Shown: positions 1 through 8,503 of the stretch, one piece after another
Layout: each line of letters starts with the position of its first letter
Position numbering within the stretch: the first letter of the stretch is position 1
Source of the DNA: an uncultured Chloroflexia bacterium
Lineage (GTDB): Bacteria; Chloroflexota; Limnocylindria; Limnocylindrales; CSP1-4
NCBI GenBank assembly: GCA_963828165.1
Contig: CAWHDR010000001.1
Location: forward strand, 2,080,001-2,144,000
Direction of reading: 5' to 3'
Length of the DNA stretch: 64,000 bases
Notes under the pieces: generated by a model
The model's input: the letters and a program-made list of their open reading frames with translations, nothing else
Databases searched by the model: none
What the model was told of the DNA's origin: nothing
Made by a program: the position numbers and the translations under genes

Positions 1-1
1 G

Positions 2-724
2 CGGCACTCCGGTCTGCGGCTCGGGAACTGGCGCAAGTCGCTGTATCGGGGCAAGCCGGCAACGATTGCCTTGTCGTCGCTGCCCACCGGCGTCGGCAAA
101 GCCGGGGTCATGCGGCTCATGACGAACTACTTCGAGGGTCGGCGCGAAGCGATGCTGGAGGCTCTCGGCGCCCAGCTCCTGGCCGATGTCATGGGGTACC
201 AGCAGCACCGGAGCTCCGTCCAGGACGTGCTCCGAAGCGAGCTCACCAAGGCGGCGAAGGCGGCACGCGGCCGGCCCGTCCTGCCGGTCGGGCTGAGCCT
301 GGGCGGGGTCGCGCTTGTCGATCTGCTCGGCAGCTGGCCCGACGCGCCCGTGGAGGCATGCGTGACCGTCGGATCCCAGGCGCCGCTGCTGTACACGTTC
401 GATGCGATCCCGTCACTGCCGTACGACGAGGCCGAGCCACCCCACCTGACCGTCCCGTGGCTGAATGTCTACGACAGCCGGGACTTCCTGTCCTTCGTGG
501 CCGAGCCCCTGTTCCGGCGCACCGACGGGCTCGCCAGCGTCGTCGACCTGCGCGTCAAGTCGGGGAAGGACTTCCCGAGGTCCCACAGCGCATACTGGGA
601 TCTGGCGCCCGTCTGGGACGCGATCGGCACGGCGTTCTCGTGGAAGCGGACGGAGCGGCTGACCGTCAAGCAGGCGCGCGACCTCGGCTTCGAGGCGCGC
701 AAGCGGCCGGCGCCGAGGACCTGA
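2..724 (+). CDS. alpha/beta hydrolase (lipase-like), 5'-truncated by window edge
   Basis: Frame open from base 2; nucleophile elbow GLSLGG, VTVGSQ, WLNVYDxxDxLSF, SHSAYW (Ser-Asp-His triad pattern). Confidence 0.7.
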   Translation, partial: RHSGLRLGNWRKSLYRGKPATIALSSLPTGVGKAGVMRLMTNYFEGRREAMLEALGAQLLADVMGYQQHRSSVQDVLRSELTKAAKAARGRPVLPVGLSLGGVALVDLLGSWPDAPVEACVTVGSQAPLLYTFDAIPSLPYDEAEPPHLTVPWLNVYDSRDFLSFVAEPLFRRTDGLASVVDLRVKSGKDFPRSHSAYWDLAPVWDAIGTAFSWKRTERLTVKQARDLGFEARKRPAPRT

Positions 725-738
725 CCCGAGGATCTTTG

Positions 739-1338
739 ATGACGATGCAACACCGAATCGAGCCGCGAACGACCGACCCACAGCGAGCAGTCGGCATGAT
801 GCGCTCCATGTTTCGATCCCTTGTCGTGACGGTCGTGGTCGGTCTGGTCGTTGCCGGCTGTTCAAGTCCGGGCGGCGCCTCCTCGAGCTGGTCGTTCGGC
901 CCCAGCCTGCCGCCGGCGTCGGGGGAGGCCTCGGCGGCGCCCAGCGCCTCCACCGTCCCGTCTGCACCGCCCTCGCTGCCGCCTTCGCCGTCGGCGGCAG
1001 CATCTGTGGCGCCTTCGCCCGCCGGGGCGTCCGCGTCCCCGGCCGGTGACGCCACGCCGTTGACGATCGGCACGCGCACCGGCAGCGAGCTCGAATTCGA
1101 GCCGGATGAGGTCAGCGTCCCGGCCGGTACACCTGTTTCCGTCACGTTCGAGAACACGTCGAGCCTGCCGCACAACCTCACGTTCGGAGCGCCGATCAAC
1201 GCCGCGACCGCTCCGCTCGTCGACCCAGGCGCCTCGGAGACGATCGAGTTCGATGCGCCTGCGGCTGGCGACTACACGTTCACGTGCACGATCCACCCGG
1301 GCATGGAGGGGACGCTGACCGTCGAGGCTGCGGGCTAG
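739..1338 (+). CDS. cupredoxin/plastocyanin-like copper-binding lipoprotein
   Basis: Lipobox VAGC, Ser/Pro/Ala linker, PHNL...YTFTCTIHPGMEGTL type-1 Cu ligands; start 739 or 796. Confidence 0.85.
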   Translation: MTMQHRIEPRTTDPQRAVGMMRSMFRSLVVTVVVGLVVAGCSSPGGASSSWSFGPSLPPASGEASAAPSASTVPSAPPSLPPSPSAAASVAPSPAGASASPAGDATPLTIGTRTGSELEFEPDEVSVPAGTPVSVTFENTSSLPHNLTFGAPINAATAPLVDPGASETIEFDAPAAGDYTFTCTIHPGMEGTLTVEAAG

Positions 1339-1373
1339 TCTCCTCGCGGGCCGGGCCCGCCGGCTGGCCGATA

Positions 1374-1393
1374 TCGAACATCTGTTCTATCAT
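1374..1393 (+). promoter_or_regulatory. LexA (SOS) box overlapping the -10 of a leaderless promoter
   Basis: TCGAAC-ATCT-GTTCTA = GAAC-N4-GTTC (1376-1387); TATCAT -10 at 1388-1393; ATG at 1400. Confidence 0.8.
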
Positions 1394-1399
1394 CCGGCG

Positions 1400-2332
1400 A
1401 TGCGGCCGGTCTACCGCGACGAACCCTGTCGGACGGCGCTCAACCGCGTCCGGAAGATGTCATTCAATTGGTCGCTCAACCCGTACATGGGCTGCGTCCA
1501 TCAGTGCACGTTCTGTTTCGTTCGGGCGTTCGAGCGAATGGCCGATCGGCCGTCAGACGCCCGCTACGGCACATCGATCCGGGTCAAGACGAACCTGGTC
1601 GAGGTCCTCCGCCGCGAGCTGGCTCGCAAGTCCTGGAAGCGGGAGCAAGTCGTGGTCGGGACGGCCACCGACCCGTACCAACCGGCCGAGGGCCACTACC
1701 GGCTGACTCGGGACGCGATCTCCGCGCTCGGGGAGGCGCGGACGCCGATCGGGATCATCACCCGCGGTCCGCTGATCGTTCGGGACGTGGACGTACTGGC
1801 CGAGGCATCGCGGCACGCGAAGGTGGGCGTGACCTTCTCGATCCCGACGCTCGATGCCGAGATCTGGCGACGGACGGAGCCTGGCACCGCGCCGCCGCGT
1901 CAGCGCCTCCGCGCGCTCCGGGTACTCATCGACGCCGGCATCGACGCGAGCGTCGGCATGGCGCCGATCCTGCCAGGTCTGTCGGACGACCCGGCCAGGA
2001 TGGCCGACGTCGTGCGAGCCGCCCGCGACGCCGGCGCGACCTCGGTCTGGACGAACGTCCTGTACCTGCGCCCGGGCACCCGCGAGCACTTCCTCGAGAA
2101 CCTCGCACGCGACTGGCCGGACCTCCTGCCCCTGTACGAGCGGCTTTACGACGGGCGGGCATATGTCGCCAAGGAGACGCTGGAGCCCGTTCGGCGCCAG
2201 GTCCGAGAGCTCGCGATCCGACACGGCCTGGCTGATCGGCGACGCCGACCGATCACGCCACCGCCCGAACCCACGAGCGAGCAGTTGCCGCTGACCGCGT
2301 TCATCCAGGCACCGGGCGTCCCGTCCGCGTGA
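1400..2332 (+). CDS. radical SAM protein, SplB-like/Rv2578c family (putative DNA repair)
   Basis: SLNPYMGCVHQCTFC (CxxxCxxC), GTATDPYQPAE, EPGTAPPRQRL motifs. Confidence 0.9.
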   Translation: MRPVYRDEPCRTALNRVRKMSFNWSLNPYMGCVHQCTFCFVRAFERMADRPSDARYGTSIRVKTNLVEVLRRELARKSWKREQVVVGTATDPYQPAEGHYRLTRDAISALGEARTPIGIITRGPLIVRDVDVLAEASRHAKVGVTFSIPTLDAEIWRRTEPGTAPPRQRLRALRVLIDAGIDASVGMAPILPGLSDDPARMADVVRAARDAGATSVWTNVLYLRPGTREHFLENLARDWPDLLPLYERLYDGRAYVAKETLEPVRRQVRELAIRHGLADRRRRPITPPPEPTSEQLPLTAFIQAPGVPSA

Positions 2333-2346
2333 CGCGGGCTCAGCGG

Positions 2347-2724
2347 TCAGCCGGGGCGCGGCCAGCGGGATCGGCCGGGTGCCGAGCGGGGGAGGGCATC
2401 CCAATCGGCCCGGACCGGGGAGAAGATGTCGACCACGACGGCGCCGTCGGGTCCGGCCACCGCGTCGTGGGGCAGGTTCGACGGGATCAGCCACGTCCCG
2501 CCGGGACCGAGCTCACGCCGCTCCCCGTCTACCGTGAACGTGATGCTGCCGTCGACGCACATGCCCAGCTGCTCGTGCTCGTGACGGTGCTCCGGCACGA
2601 CCGCGCCGGGCGCCAGCTCGACGAGCGCCAGGCTGGCGTTGGCACCGGCCACGACCCGTGCCTGGACCGTGTCGCCCCAAACGTCGAGCGCCGGGACGTC
2701 CCCGATGTCCACCAAGTTCGCCAT
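2347..2724 (-). CDS. cupin domain protein
   Basis: PEHRHEHEQ and IPSNLPHD cupin motifs; start at MANLVD. Confidence 0.85.
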   Translation of the reverse strand: MANLVDIGDVPALDVWGDTVQARVVAGANASLALVELAPGAVVPEHRHEHEQLGMCVDGSITFTVDGERRELGPGGTWLIPSNLPHDAVAGPDGAVVVDIFSPVRADWDALPRSAPGRSRWPRPG

Positions 2725-2807
2725 GTGCCCTCGCGGCTGCGATCTCCGAGGACCGAAGCGTATCGCCAAGCGGAGACCCCGCGCGAGATGGCATCGTGGT
2801 ATCACCG

Positions 2808-4082
2808 ATGACGACCACGATCTCGCTCAGGACCGCGGGCCGCTTCATTCTGGGCCGGGGGGGCCTGTGGCCCGGACGCCGCTGGCGCGGACTGCGCGGC
2901 ACGGAGCAGGCGATGCGCGCGATGGAGCACCTCCAGCTCGATCCGCTCGTCGTCATCGCGCGCGCGCACGACCTGATGCTCCAGTCGCGGGTGATCGACT
3001 ATCGACTCGACGACTGGGCGATCCTCACCTACGAGAAGCGCCGCTTCTTCGACTGGGGCGGCTGGCTGGCCGTGCGTCCCATGGACGAGCTCCCACACTG
3101 GCGCGTGCTGATGCGGCGCGAGCGCGAGAGCCCGCGCTGGCAGGCGTTCGCGAAGGAACACGAGACAGCGATCGCCGAGATGCGCGACGTGCTGCGCGAT
3201 CGCGGAACGGTCTCAAACCGGGACTTCACGATGAGCGCGAGGACCCGCGTCGATAGCTACCGCGGTCGCAAGGACAGCGCGGTCGCGCTGTATTACCTGT
3301 GGCGCATGGGCGAGGCGATGGTGACGCGCCGCGAACGGTTCGAACGCGTCTACGCCGCCACCGACGCGGTCGCGCCCGGGCACCTCATCCGCGAGAGCTC
3401 CGACGCCGAGGCGGACGATCACCTGTTGCGCAAGATGGTCGCGGCGCAGGGGCTCACGAAGTTCGTGGGAGTCAAGTCGGCGCTCCAGCGCGACATCTCG
3501 CCGGCGGAGTTCAAGGCGTGGCGCGAGCAGCGGGTCGCAAGTGGCGAATTGATCGAGGTTCGCGTCGAGGGTTGGCGCAGCCCGCACTGGGCGCTCGGCA
3601 GCGACGCTCCGATCCTCGAGACGCTCGAGGCCGGTCGCGTGCCTCACTCGTGGAAGCCGCTCGACTCGACGACCGAGGACGAGGCGGTCTTCCTCTCACC
3701 GCTCGACCCGGTCCGTGGTCGCGCCGAGGAGCTCTTCGGGTTCCACTACCGCTGGGAGGTCTACACACCGGCGGCCAAACGCAAGTACGGCTACTACGTG
3801 CTGCCCGTCCTGTGGCGCGACACGATCGTTGCGCGCTTCGATGCGAAGCTGGACCGCAGGGACCGGACGCTGCGGATCCTTGGCCTGTGGCTGGAAGACG
3901 AGGCACTGGCCCGCGACGACGACTTCGCCGAGGCCATGGCTCGGGGACTCGCCCGGTTCCTGGACTTCCTGGAGGCCGAGCGCATCGACGTGAAGGGTGT
4001 GCCACTGCCCTCGCTGAGGCGGCGTCTATCCGGAGTCGTGCCGCAGGTCCCGGCGCCCCATCGGTCGTCCCGGGCGAGGTAG
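2808..4082 (+). CDS. YcaQ/AlkZ-family winged-helix DNA glycosylase (crosslink repair)
   Basis: LQLDPLVVIARAHDL (QxD motif), LSPLDP, FHYRWEVYTPAAKRKYGYYVLPVL. Confidence 0.9.
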   Translation: MTTTISLRTAGRFILGRGGLWPGRRWRGLRGTEQAMRAMEHLQLDPLVVIARAHDLMLQSRVIDYRLDDWAILTYEKRRFFDWGGWLAVRPMDELPHWRVLMRRERESPRWQAFAKEHETAIAEMRDVLRDRGTVSNRDFTMSARTRVDSYRGRKDSAVALYYLWRMGEAMVTRRERFERVYAATDAVAPGHLIRESSDAEADDHLLRKMVAAQGLTKFVGVKSALQRDISPAEFKAWREQRVASGELIEVRVEGWRSPHWALGSDAPILETLEAGRVPHSWKPLDSTTEDEAVFLSPLDPVRGRAEELFGFHYRWEVYTPAAKRKYGYYVLPVLWRDTIVARFDAKLDRRDRTLRILGLWLEDEALARDDDFAEAMARGLARFLDFLEAERIDVKGVPLPSLRRRLSGVVPQVPAPHRSSRAR

Positions 4083-4184
4083 TTCCGGAAACCACCAGTC
4101 TCCGCGCCGACGTACCACGTCGCAGCGGCCGCACGCCGGGTCGACACATCCACACACCCGCCGGCCGCACTCGAGGAGGTCACG

Positions 4185-4643
4185 ATGTCCCGCACGCTCC
4201 GCCTCGTCCTCAGTCTTGCCGCACTCGCGGCGCTCGCGCTCGGCTCCGTCGCGTCCACGACGGCCGGCGGCCCCAAGGTCCTCGACGCACGCATGGCGGG
4301 GATCCCGTCAGGTGCTCCGACGCTCCACGGCCTGATCGGCGGGGGCGTGGCCTGGTCGCTCGAGGAGGGCCGGACCATGCTCTTCGCCGACGGGCGGCTG
4401 CACGTCGAGGTCGAGGGTCTCGTCGTCGCCGCGAGCGGCGTGAACCCGATCGCGACGGGCCGGGCCGTCCTCACGTGTTCGTCCGTGGCCGCGGCCAGGT
4501 CTCCGATCGTCCCGTTCTCCGGCACCGGTGACGCCGAGGTGAATACCGTGCTCGATGTACCCGCGACGTGCCTCGCGCCGGCCGTGTTCTTCGTGGGTAT
4601 CACGGGCAACGGGGAACGTTGGTTCGCCGTCACGGGCAGGTAA
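4185..4643 (+). CDS. secreted hypothetical protein
   Basis: GAGGAGG RBS, N-terminal signal peptide, two Cys, GC3-biased codons. Confidence 0.7.
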   Translation: MSRTLRLVLSLAALAALALGSVASTTAGGPKVLDARMAGIPSGAPTLHGLIGGGVAWSLEEGRTMLFADGRLHVEVEGLVVAASGVNPIATGRAVLTCSSVAAARSPIVPFSGTGDAEVNTVLDVPATCLAPAVFFVGITGNGERWFAVTGR

Positions 4644-4688
4644 ATCCTAACTGACGGCGACCGGCCGTCGGTCGCCACCCCGGGAATC

Positions 4689-4725
4689 GAAAACGACCCG
4701 GGTCGACTGACGATCCGGGTCGTTC
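4689..4725 (-). terminator. intrinsic terminator between convergent genes
   Basis: AACGACCCGG...CCGGGTCGTT stem followed by a T run on the minus strand. Confidence 0.65.
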
Positions 4726-4782
4726 TTGGGGTGTCTCGGTCAGGCGGGACGGGGACGACCCGCCTGACGAGATCCTGGGGCG

Positions 4783-5157
4783 TTAGCCCCGCTGGCTGCG
4801 GAAGCAGTCGCTGCAGTAGACGGGCTTGCCGCTCGTGGGACGGAACGGGACCTGGGCTTCCTTGCCACAGGACGAGCACGTCGCCTCGAACATCTCGCGG
4901 GGAGCGCGCTCGTAGCCGCCGCCTCCACCGCCGCCGCCGTAGCTGCCGGCGCCGCTGGAATAGCCGCCACCGTACGAGCTACCGCCGTACGAGGAGCCGC
5001 CGCCCTCTGCGTTGCGCGCAGCCTTGCGGCTGGCACGGCAGGAGGGGCAGCGTCGCGGCTCGGTGAAGCCACGCTGCGCGTAAAAGTCCTGCTCGGAGGC
5101 GGTGAACACGAATTCCTGTCCACAGTCCGCGCAGGTCAGATTCTTGTCGTTGTACAA
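4783..5157 (-). CDS. zinc-ribbon / CxxC-x17-CxxC domain protein with Gly-rich linker
   Basis: LTCADCGQEFVFTASEQDFY...EPRRCPSCR; CSSCG...VPFRPTSGKPVYCSDCF; TTG start with AAGGAG RBS. Confidence 0.9.
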   Translation of the reverse strand: MYNDKNLTCADCGQEFVFTASEQDFYAQRGFTEPRRCPSCRASRKAARNAEGGGSSYGGSSYGGGYSSGAGSYGGGGGGGGYERAPREMFEATCSSCGKEAQVPFRPTSGKPVYCSDCFRSQRG

Positions 5158-5280
5158 AAGAAAGACTCCTTCTCGATAGCCGGCGCGTTCCCGTGGTTTC
5201 TCGCGCCAGTCGTGAGAGGAGTCCGCGTTGCGTCGTGCTATGTGTAGCCACGGCTATGTCCGTGACCGGCCAGCATCATA
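5158..5280 (-). promoter_or_regulatory. structured 5' leader with anti-Shine-Dalgarno stem; TATGAT -10
   Basis: -10 at 5280-5275; GACTCCTCTC (5223-5214) complementary to GAGAAGGAGTC (5174-5164). Confidence 0.55.
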
Positions 5281-5346
5281 CCCCATGTCCCTCGGGCATG
5301 TAACCCCTCATCTGACGCCATCGCGGTCGTCCGGCATCATGGCCCG

Positions 5347-5781
5347 ATGCGCGATTCACTCCCGCCCGAAGCCTTCCTCGCGGGGTATCCGGACGGGATC
5401 CGCGACGCCGCGGAGACGCTTCGCGCGATCGTCCGCCAAGCGGTCCCAGACGCCATCGAAGGCGTCCGTGGTGGCTGGCGCCTGATCGGTTACGAAGTGC
5501 CGGCCGGCCGACGCAGACGCTACTTCGCGTACATCGCGCCAGAACCGATCCACGTCCACCTCGGCTTCGAATACGGGGCGTGGATGGCCGACCCGGAGGG
5601 ACTGCTCGAGGGTGCCCACCTCGGTCTCCGCAAGGTGCGGTTCACGACCTTCGCGGAAGGCCAGCCGATCCCCGCAGCCGCCCTCGAGCGCCTGACCCGA
5701 GAAGCCGCACGCGTCGCCCTGCTGTCGCGCGGCGAGCGACTCGCACGATCGTTCGATCGGGAGTGGGAGCCGCCGGTCTAG
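5347..5781 (+). CDS. DUF1801 (YdhG-like) domain protein
   Basis: AVPDAIEGVRGGWRLIGY, HVHLGFEYGAWMADPEGLLEG. Confidence 0.8.
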   Translation: MRDSLPPEAFLAGYPDGIRDAAETLRAIVRQAVPDAIEGVRGGWRLIGYEVPAGRRRRYFAYIAPEPIHVHLGFEYGAWMADPEGLLEGAHLGLRKVRFTTFAEGQPIPAAALERLTREAARVALLSRGERLARSFDREWEPPV

Positions 5782-5984
5782 AGATCGGAGCCGGGCGCGT
5801 GCTCGGTCGAGGGCTCCCCGCCCTGCTCCTCGGGGGCGACCGTCGGCGTCTCGTGGGCGGGCTTTCCGGCCCCGACGTCGTCCGTTCCGGCGGCCTCTGG
5901 TCGGCCGTCCCGACGCTGGTCATCGGGGCCGTCGATCTCGTCCGGGCGCTCGAGGGGCTCGTCGTTGCTGGTTTGATCGGTCAT
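5778..5984 (-). CDS. small acidic hypothetical protein
   Basis: GGAGG RBS before ATG 5984; low-complexity, probably disordered. Confidence 0.45.
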   Translation of the reverse strand: MTDQTSNDEPLERPDEIDGPDDQRRDGRPEAAGTDDVGAGKPAHETPTVAPEEQGGEPSTEHAPGSDL

Positions 5985-6113
5985 GGGTGCGTCCTCCATG
6001 CGGCCGACGTGGCTGCCCGCGGCAATCATCGAGCGTGATTCGTTGCGGCCAGCCCGCCGTCCGGGCTTGGGCTCTTGCGTTTACGGGTCGAAGGTGCCCG
6101 TGCGGACAAGGAA

Positions 6114-6145
6114 GCACGGCCGCGGGGAGGAATCCGCGACCGTGC
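6114..6145 (-). terminator. hairpin downstream of fasciclin gene
   Basis: GCACGG-CCGCGG / CCGCG-ACCGTGC inverted repeat; no strong U tract. Confidence 0.4.
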
Positions 6146-6170
6146 CGGGAAAGGGGGGATGGACGCGAGG

Positions 6171-6671
6171 CTACGGGAGCAGCACCGCGTCGATGACGTG
6201 GATGACGCCGTTCGAGACATCGATGTCGGCGGCCACGATCCGAGCGTCGTTGACATACGGCGCGCCGGCGCGGATGGACGGGTGGATGAAGCGCTTGCTC
6301 AACGTCCGGATGCGGCTGCTGTCCAGGACGCTCGCGCTGAAGCGCTCGCCCGGGGCGACGTGGTAGAGCAGGACGGTGCGGAGGGTGTCGACCGGGATAT
6401 CGCCGATCCCACTCACGCCCAGGCGCGAGAAGAGCGACTCGAAGGCGGCGTCGGTCGGGGCAAAGACCGTGAGCTGGCGCCGGCCGTCGAGCGTATCGAG
6501 GAGGCCGGCCCGCACGACTGCGCCGATCAGGTGGTCGAATTCGCCGGTCGAGGAATTCACCGCGATGGCGGTATCGACGATGGTCGAACGCGACTGGCGC
6601 GCCGCGACCGGCGCGACCGCCAGGCTCGCGAGGAGTCCGACCGTCAAAAGGATGAGGGTTAAGCGACGCAC
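6171..6671 (-). CDS. secreted fasciclin (FAS1) domain protein
   Basis: Signal peptide; LTVFAPTDAAF, LLYHVAPG, DIDVSNGVIHVIDAVLLP. Confidence 0.95.
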   Translation of the reverse strand: MRRLTLILLTVGLLASLAVAPVAARQSRSTIVDTAIAVNSSTGEFDHLIGAVVRAGLLDTLDGRRQLTVFAPTDAAFESLFSRLGVSGIGDIPVDTLRTVLLYHVAPGERFSASVLDSSRIRTLSKRFIHPSIRAGAPYVNDARIVAADIDVSNGVIHVIDAVLLP

Positions 6672-6708
6672 GATGGATGGTCCCTTCAGTTGGGAGTCGG
6701 GGACGACG

Positions 6709-6936
6709 TCAGGCGGTGACGCGTTCGTCCGCGGTGATCCACTGCACGAGGGTCGGCAGCAGCGCCACGGCCGAGATGCCGACGAGGATGTAGATCAAGC
6801 TCGAGAGGACGTTCGTCTCACCGAACGACATGCCGGTCAACATGGCGACCAGGTCGATCTGGGCGAGGCCGATGAGGAGCCAGTTGAGCCCTCCGACGAT
6901 GACCAGGAGCAGGAACAGGGCCTTGAGGTAGCGCAC
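6709..6936 (-). CDS. DUF378 family small membrane protein
   Basis: LVIVGGLNWLLIGL...DLVA...IYILVGISA; AAGGAG RBS. Confidence 0.9.
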   Translation of the reverse strand: MRYLKALFLLLVIVGGLNWLLIGLAQIDLVAMLTGMSFGETNVLSSLIYILVGISAVALLPTLVQWITADERVTA

Positions 6937-6969
6937 GGGTATCTCCTTGTGACTGATGAGCCGGTTGGT

Positions 6970-7054
6970 TGTCTAGGCTCTGTTCATACTTTAGGCCGGT
7001 GTCTGAACGCTTGTCAAGCCTTTGTATTCGTGTATGCTGTACGAAGCATGTACA
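6970..7054. promoter_or_regulatory. divergent promoter with CarH-type TnnACA direct repeats
   Basis: Minus strand TTGACA (7017-7012)-N18-TAAAGT (6993-6988); TGTnn(A) units at 6970/6981, 7000/7012/7023, 7038/7049 (mostly 11-bp spacing); plus strand TATGCT -10 at 7033-7038. Confidence 0.65.
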
Positions 7055-7980
7055 CGATCAAGCAAGCCGCTCTTCGATCCGGCGTCTCGGTGCCGCTCCT
7101 TCGTGCCTGGGAGCGCCGCTACGGGATCGTCGTTCCAGACCGGACGGCATCCGGCTATCGGCTCTACGACGACGCGGCCTTGGCCCGCCTCAAGACGATG
7201 CGGCGGCTGGTGAACGAAGGCTGGACCCCGAGCAGCGCCGCAGCCGCGGTGCTCGAGGACCGGGCGCCGGCGGAATCGCCGGTGGCGACCGTGGACGAGG
7301 GCAGGCCTGCGCGAGCAACGGACCTCGTCGAGCGATTTCTCGAGGCGGCGGCGCGGCTCGAGGCGATGGAGGTCGAGCGGGTGCTCGACGTGATGCTCGC
7401 GGACGGCACCTTCGAGGCCGTGGCCGACCGTCAGCTGCTGCCGGCACTCGTGGCGCTGGGGGATGCCTGGGCGTCCGGTCGTCTGGACGTTGCGGCGGAG
7501 CACGCCGCCAGCCACGCGGTGTTGCGTCGGCTATCCGCCGCGTTCCAGGCCGCCGGTGGTGCCAGGCCGGCTGACGGGAGCGTCCTGGTCGGGCTACCGC
7601 CGGGCGCGAGGCATGAGCTCGGCGCACTCGCGTTCGCCGTGGCCGCTCGGCGAGCGGGCATCCCGGTCCTCTATCTGGGCCCGGACCTGCCAGTCGCCGA
7701 CTGGGTCGCGACCGCTCATCGGACACAGGCCCGCGCCGCCGTCATCGGTGCCATCGGCGCGGACGATGCACGCGCGGCGGCCGACGTGGCGCTGGCCCTG
7801 CACGCGGACGATCCCGCTCTCGCGATCGTGCTGGGTGGGGGCGCCGCAGGAGTGGCGGCTGAGGAACTGGTCGACGGAACCGGAGCGTGGGTGACCGTCC
7901 TGCCTGCCGGGGTCCGCCAGTCCGTGACCGCGTTGAGCGAAGCCATCGGGTTCCCTGCAACCGACGCCCTCAGGCGGTAA
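7048..7980 (+). CDS. CarH/LitR-like MerR-family regulator with cobalamin-binding domain
   Basis: MYTIKQAA...LRAWERRYG...RTASGYRLY MerR HTH; W-x9-EH (WASGRLDVAAEH); RHELG His motif; LYLGPDLP. Confidence 0.9.
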   Translation: MYTIKQAALRSGVSVPLLRAWERRYGIVVPDRTASGYRLYDDAALARLKTMRRLVNEGWTPSSAAAAVLEDRAPAESPVATVDEGRPARATDLVERFLEAAARLEAMEVERVLDVMLADGTFEAVADRQLLPALVALGDAWASGRLDVAAEHAASHAVLRRLSAAFQAAGGARPADGSVLVGLPPGARHELGALAFAVAARRAGIPVLYLGPDLPVADWVATAHRTQARAAVIGAIGADDARAAADVALALHADDPALAIVLGGGAAGVAAEELVDGTGAWVTVLPAGVRQSVTALSEAIGFPATDALRR

Positions 7981-8015
7981 GGTCTTTGGTGCGCGCCAAG
8001 GAAGGAGACCGCCGC

Positions 8016-8405
8016 ATGTTCAAGGACAGCAAGGCATTCTCGGGGTTCGCGGTGAAGGACCTCGCAGCCGCGAAGACCTTCTACGGCGACACGCTCGGTC
8101 TGGATGCGCGAGATGGCCCGATGGGCATGCTCGAGTTGCACCTCGGCAGCGGCGCGGTCGTCCTGGTCTATCCCAAGGAGGACCACCAGGCCGGGAACTA
8201 CACGATGCTCAACCTCCCGGTCAAGGACGTGGATGCCGCGGTGGATCAGCTGACCGCAGCAGGCGTCCGGATGGAGCACTACGGACCGGACTTCGGCCAG
8301 GACGAGAAGGGCATCGCCCGGGGCAACGAAGGCCCCACGATCGCCTGGTTCAAGGACCCGTCGGGCAACATCATCGCCGTGCTGGATGAGGGTCCGCCGG
8401 CCTGA
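8016..8405 (+). CDS. VOC/glyoxalase family protein
   Basis: AFSGFAVKDL...FYGDTLGL...AWFKDPSGNII; AAGGAG RBS. Confidence 0.9.
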   Translation: MFKDSKAFSGFAVKDLAAAKTFYGDTLGLDARDGPMGMLELHLGSGAVVLVYPKEDHQAGNYTMLNLPVKDVDAAVDQLTAAGVRMEHYGPDFGQDEKGIARGNEGPTIAWFKDPSGNIIAVLDEGPPA

Positions 8406-8503
8406 CCGCTCGGGAACCTGGCTTGCGGGGGTCGTCTGTCCCCGCCCGCGACCGACGCCAACCCTTCACGCTCACGCCTCCCGCCCCCAGAAGGAGATCC
8501 ATC

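Noticed and set aside
4915-5010. GGC/TAC-rich short repeats
   Set aside because: They encode the Gly/Ser/Tyr-rich linker of the zinc-ribbon protein
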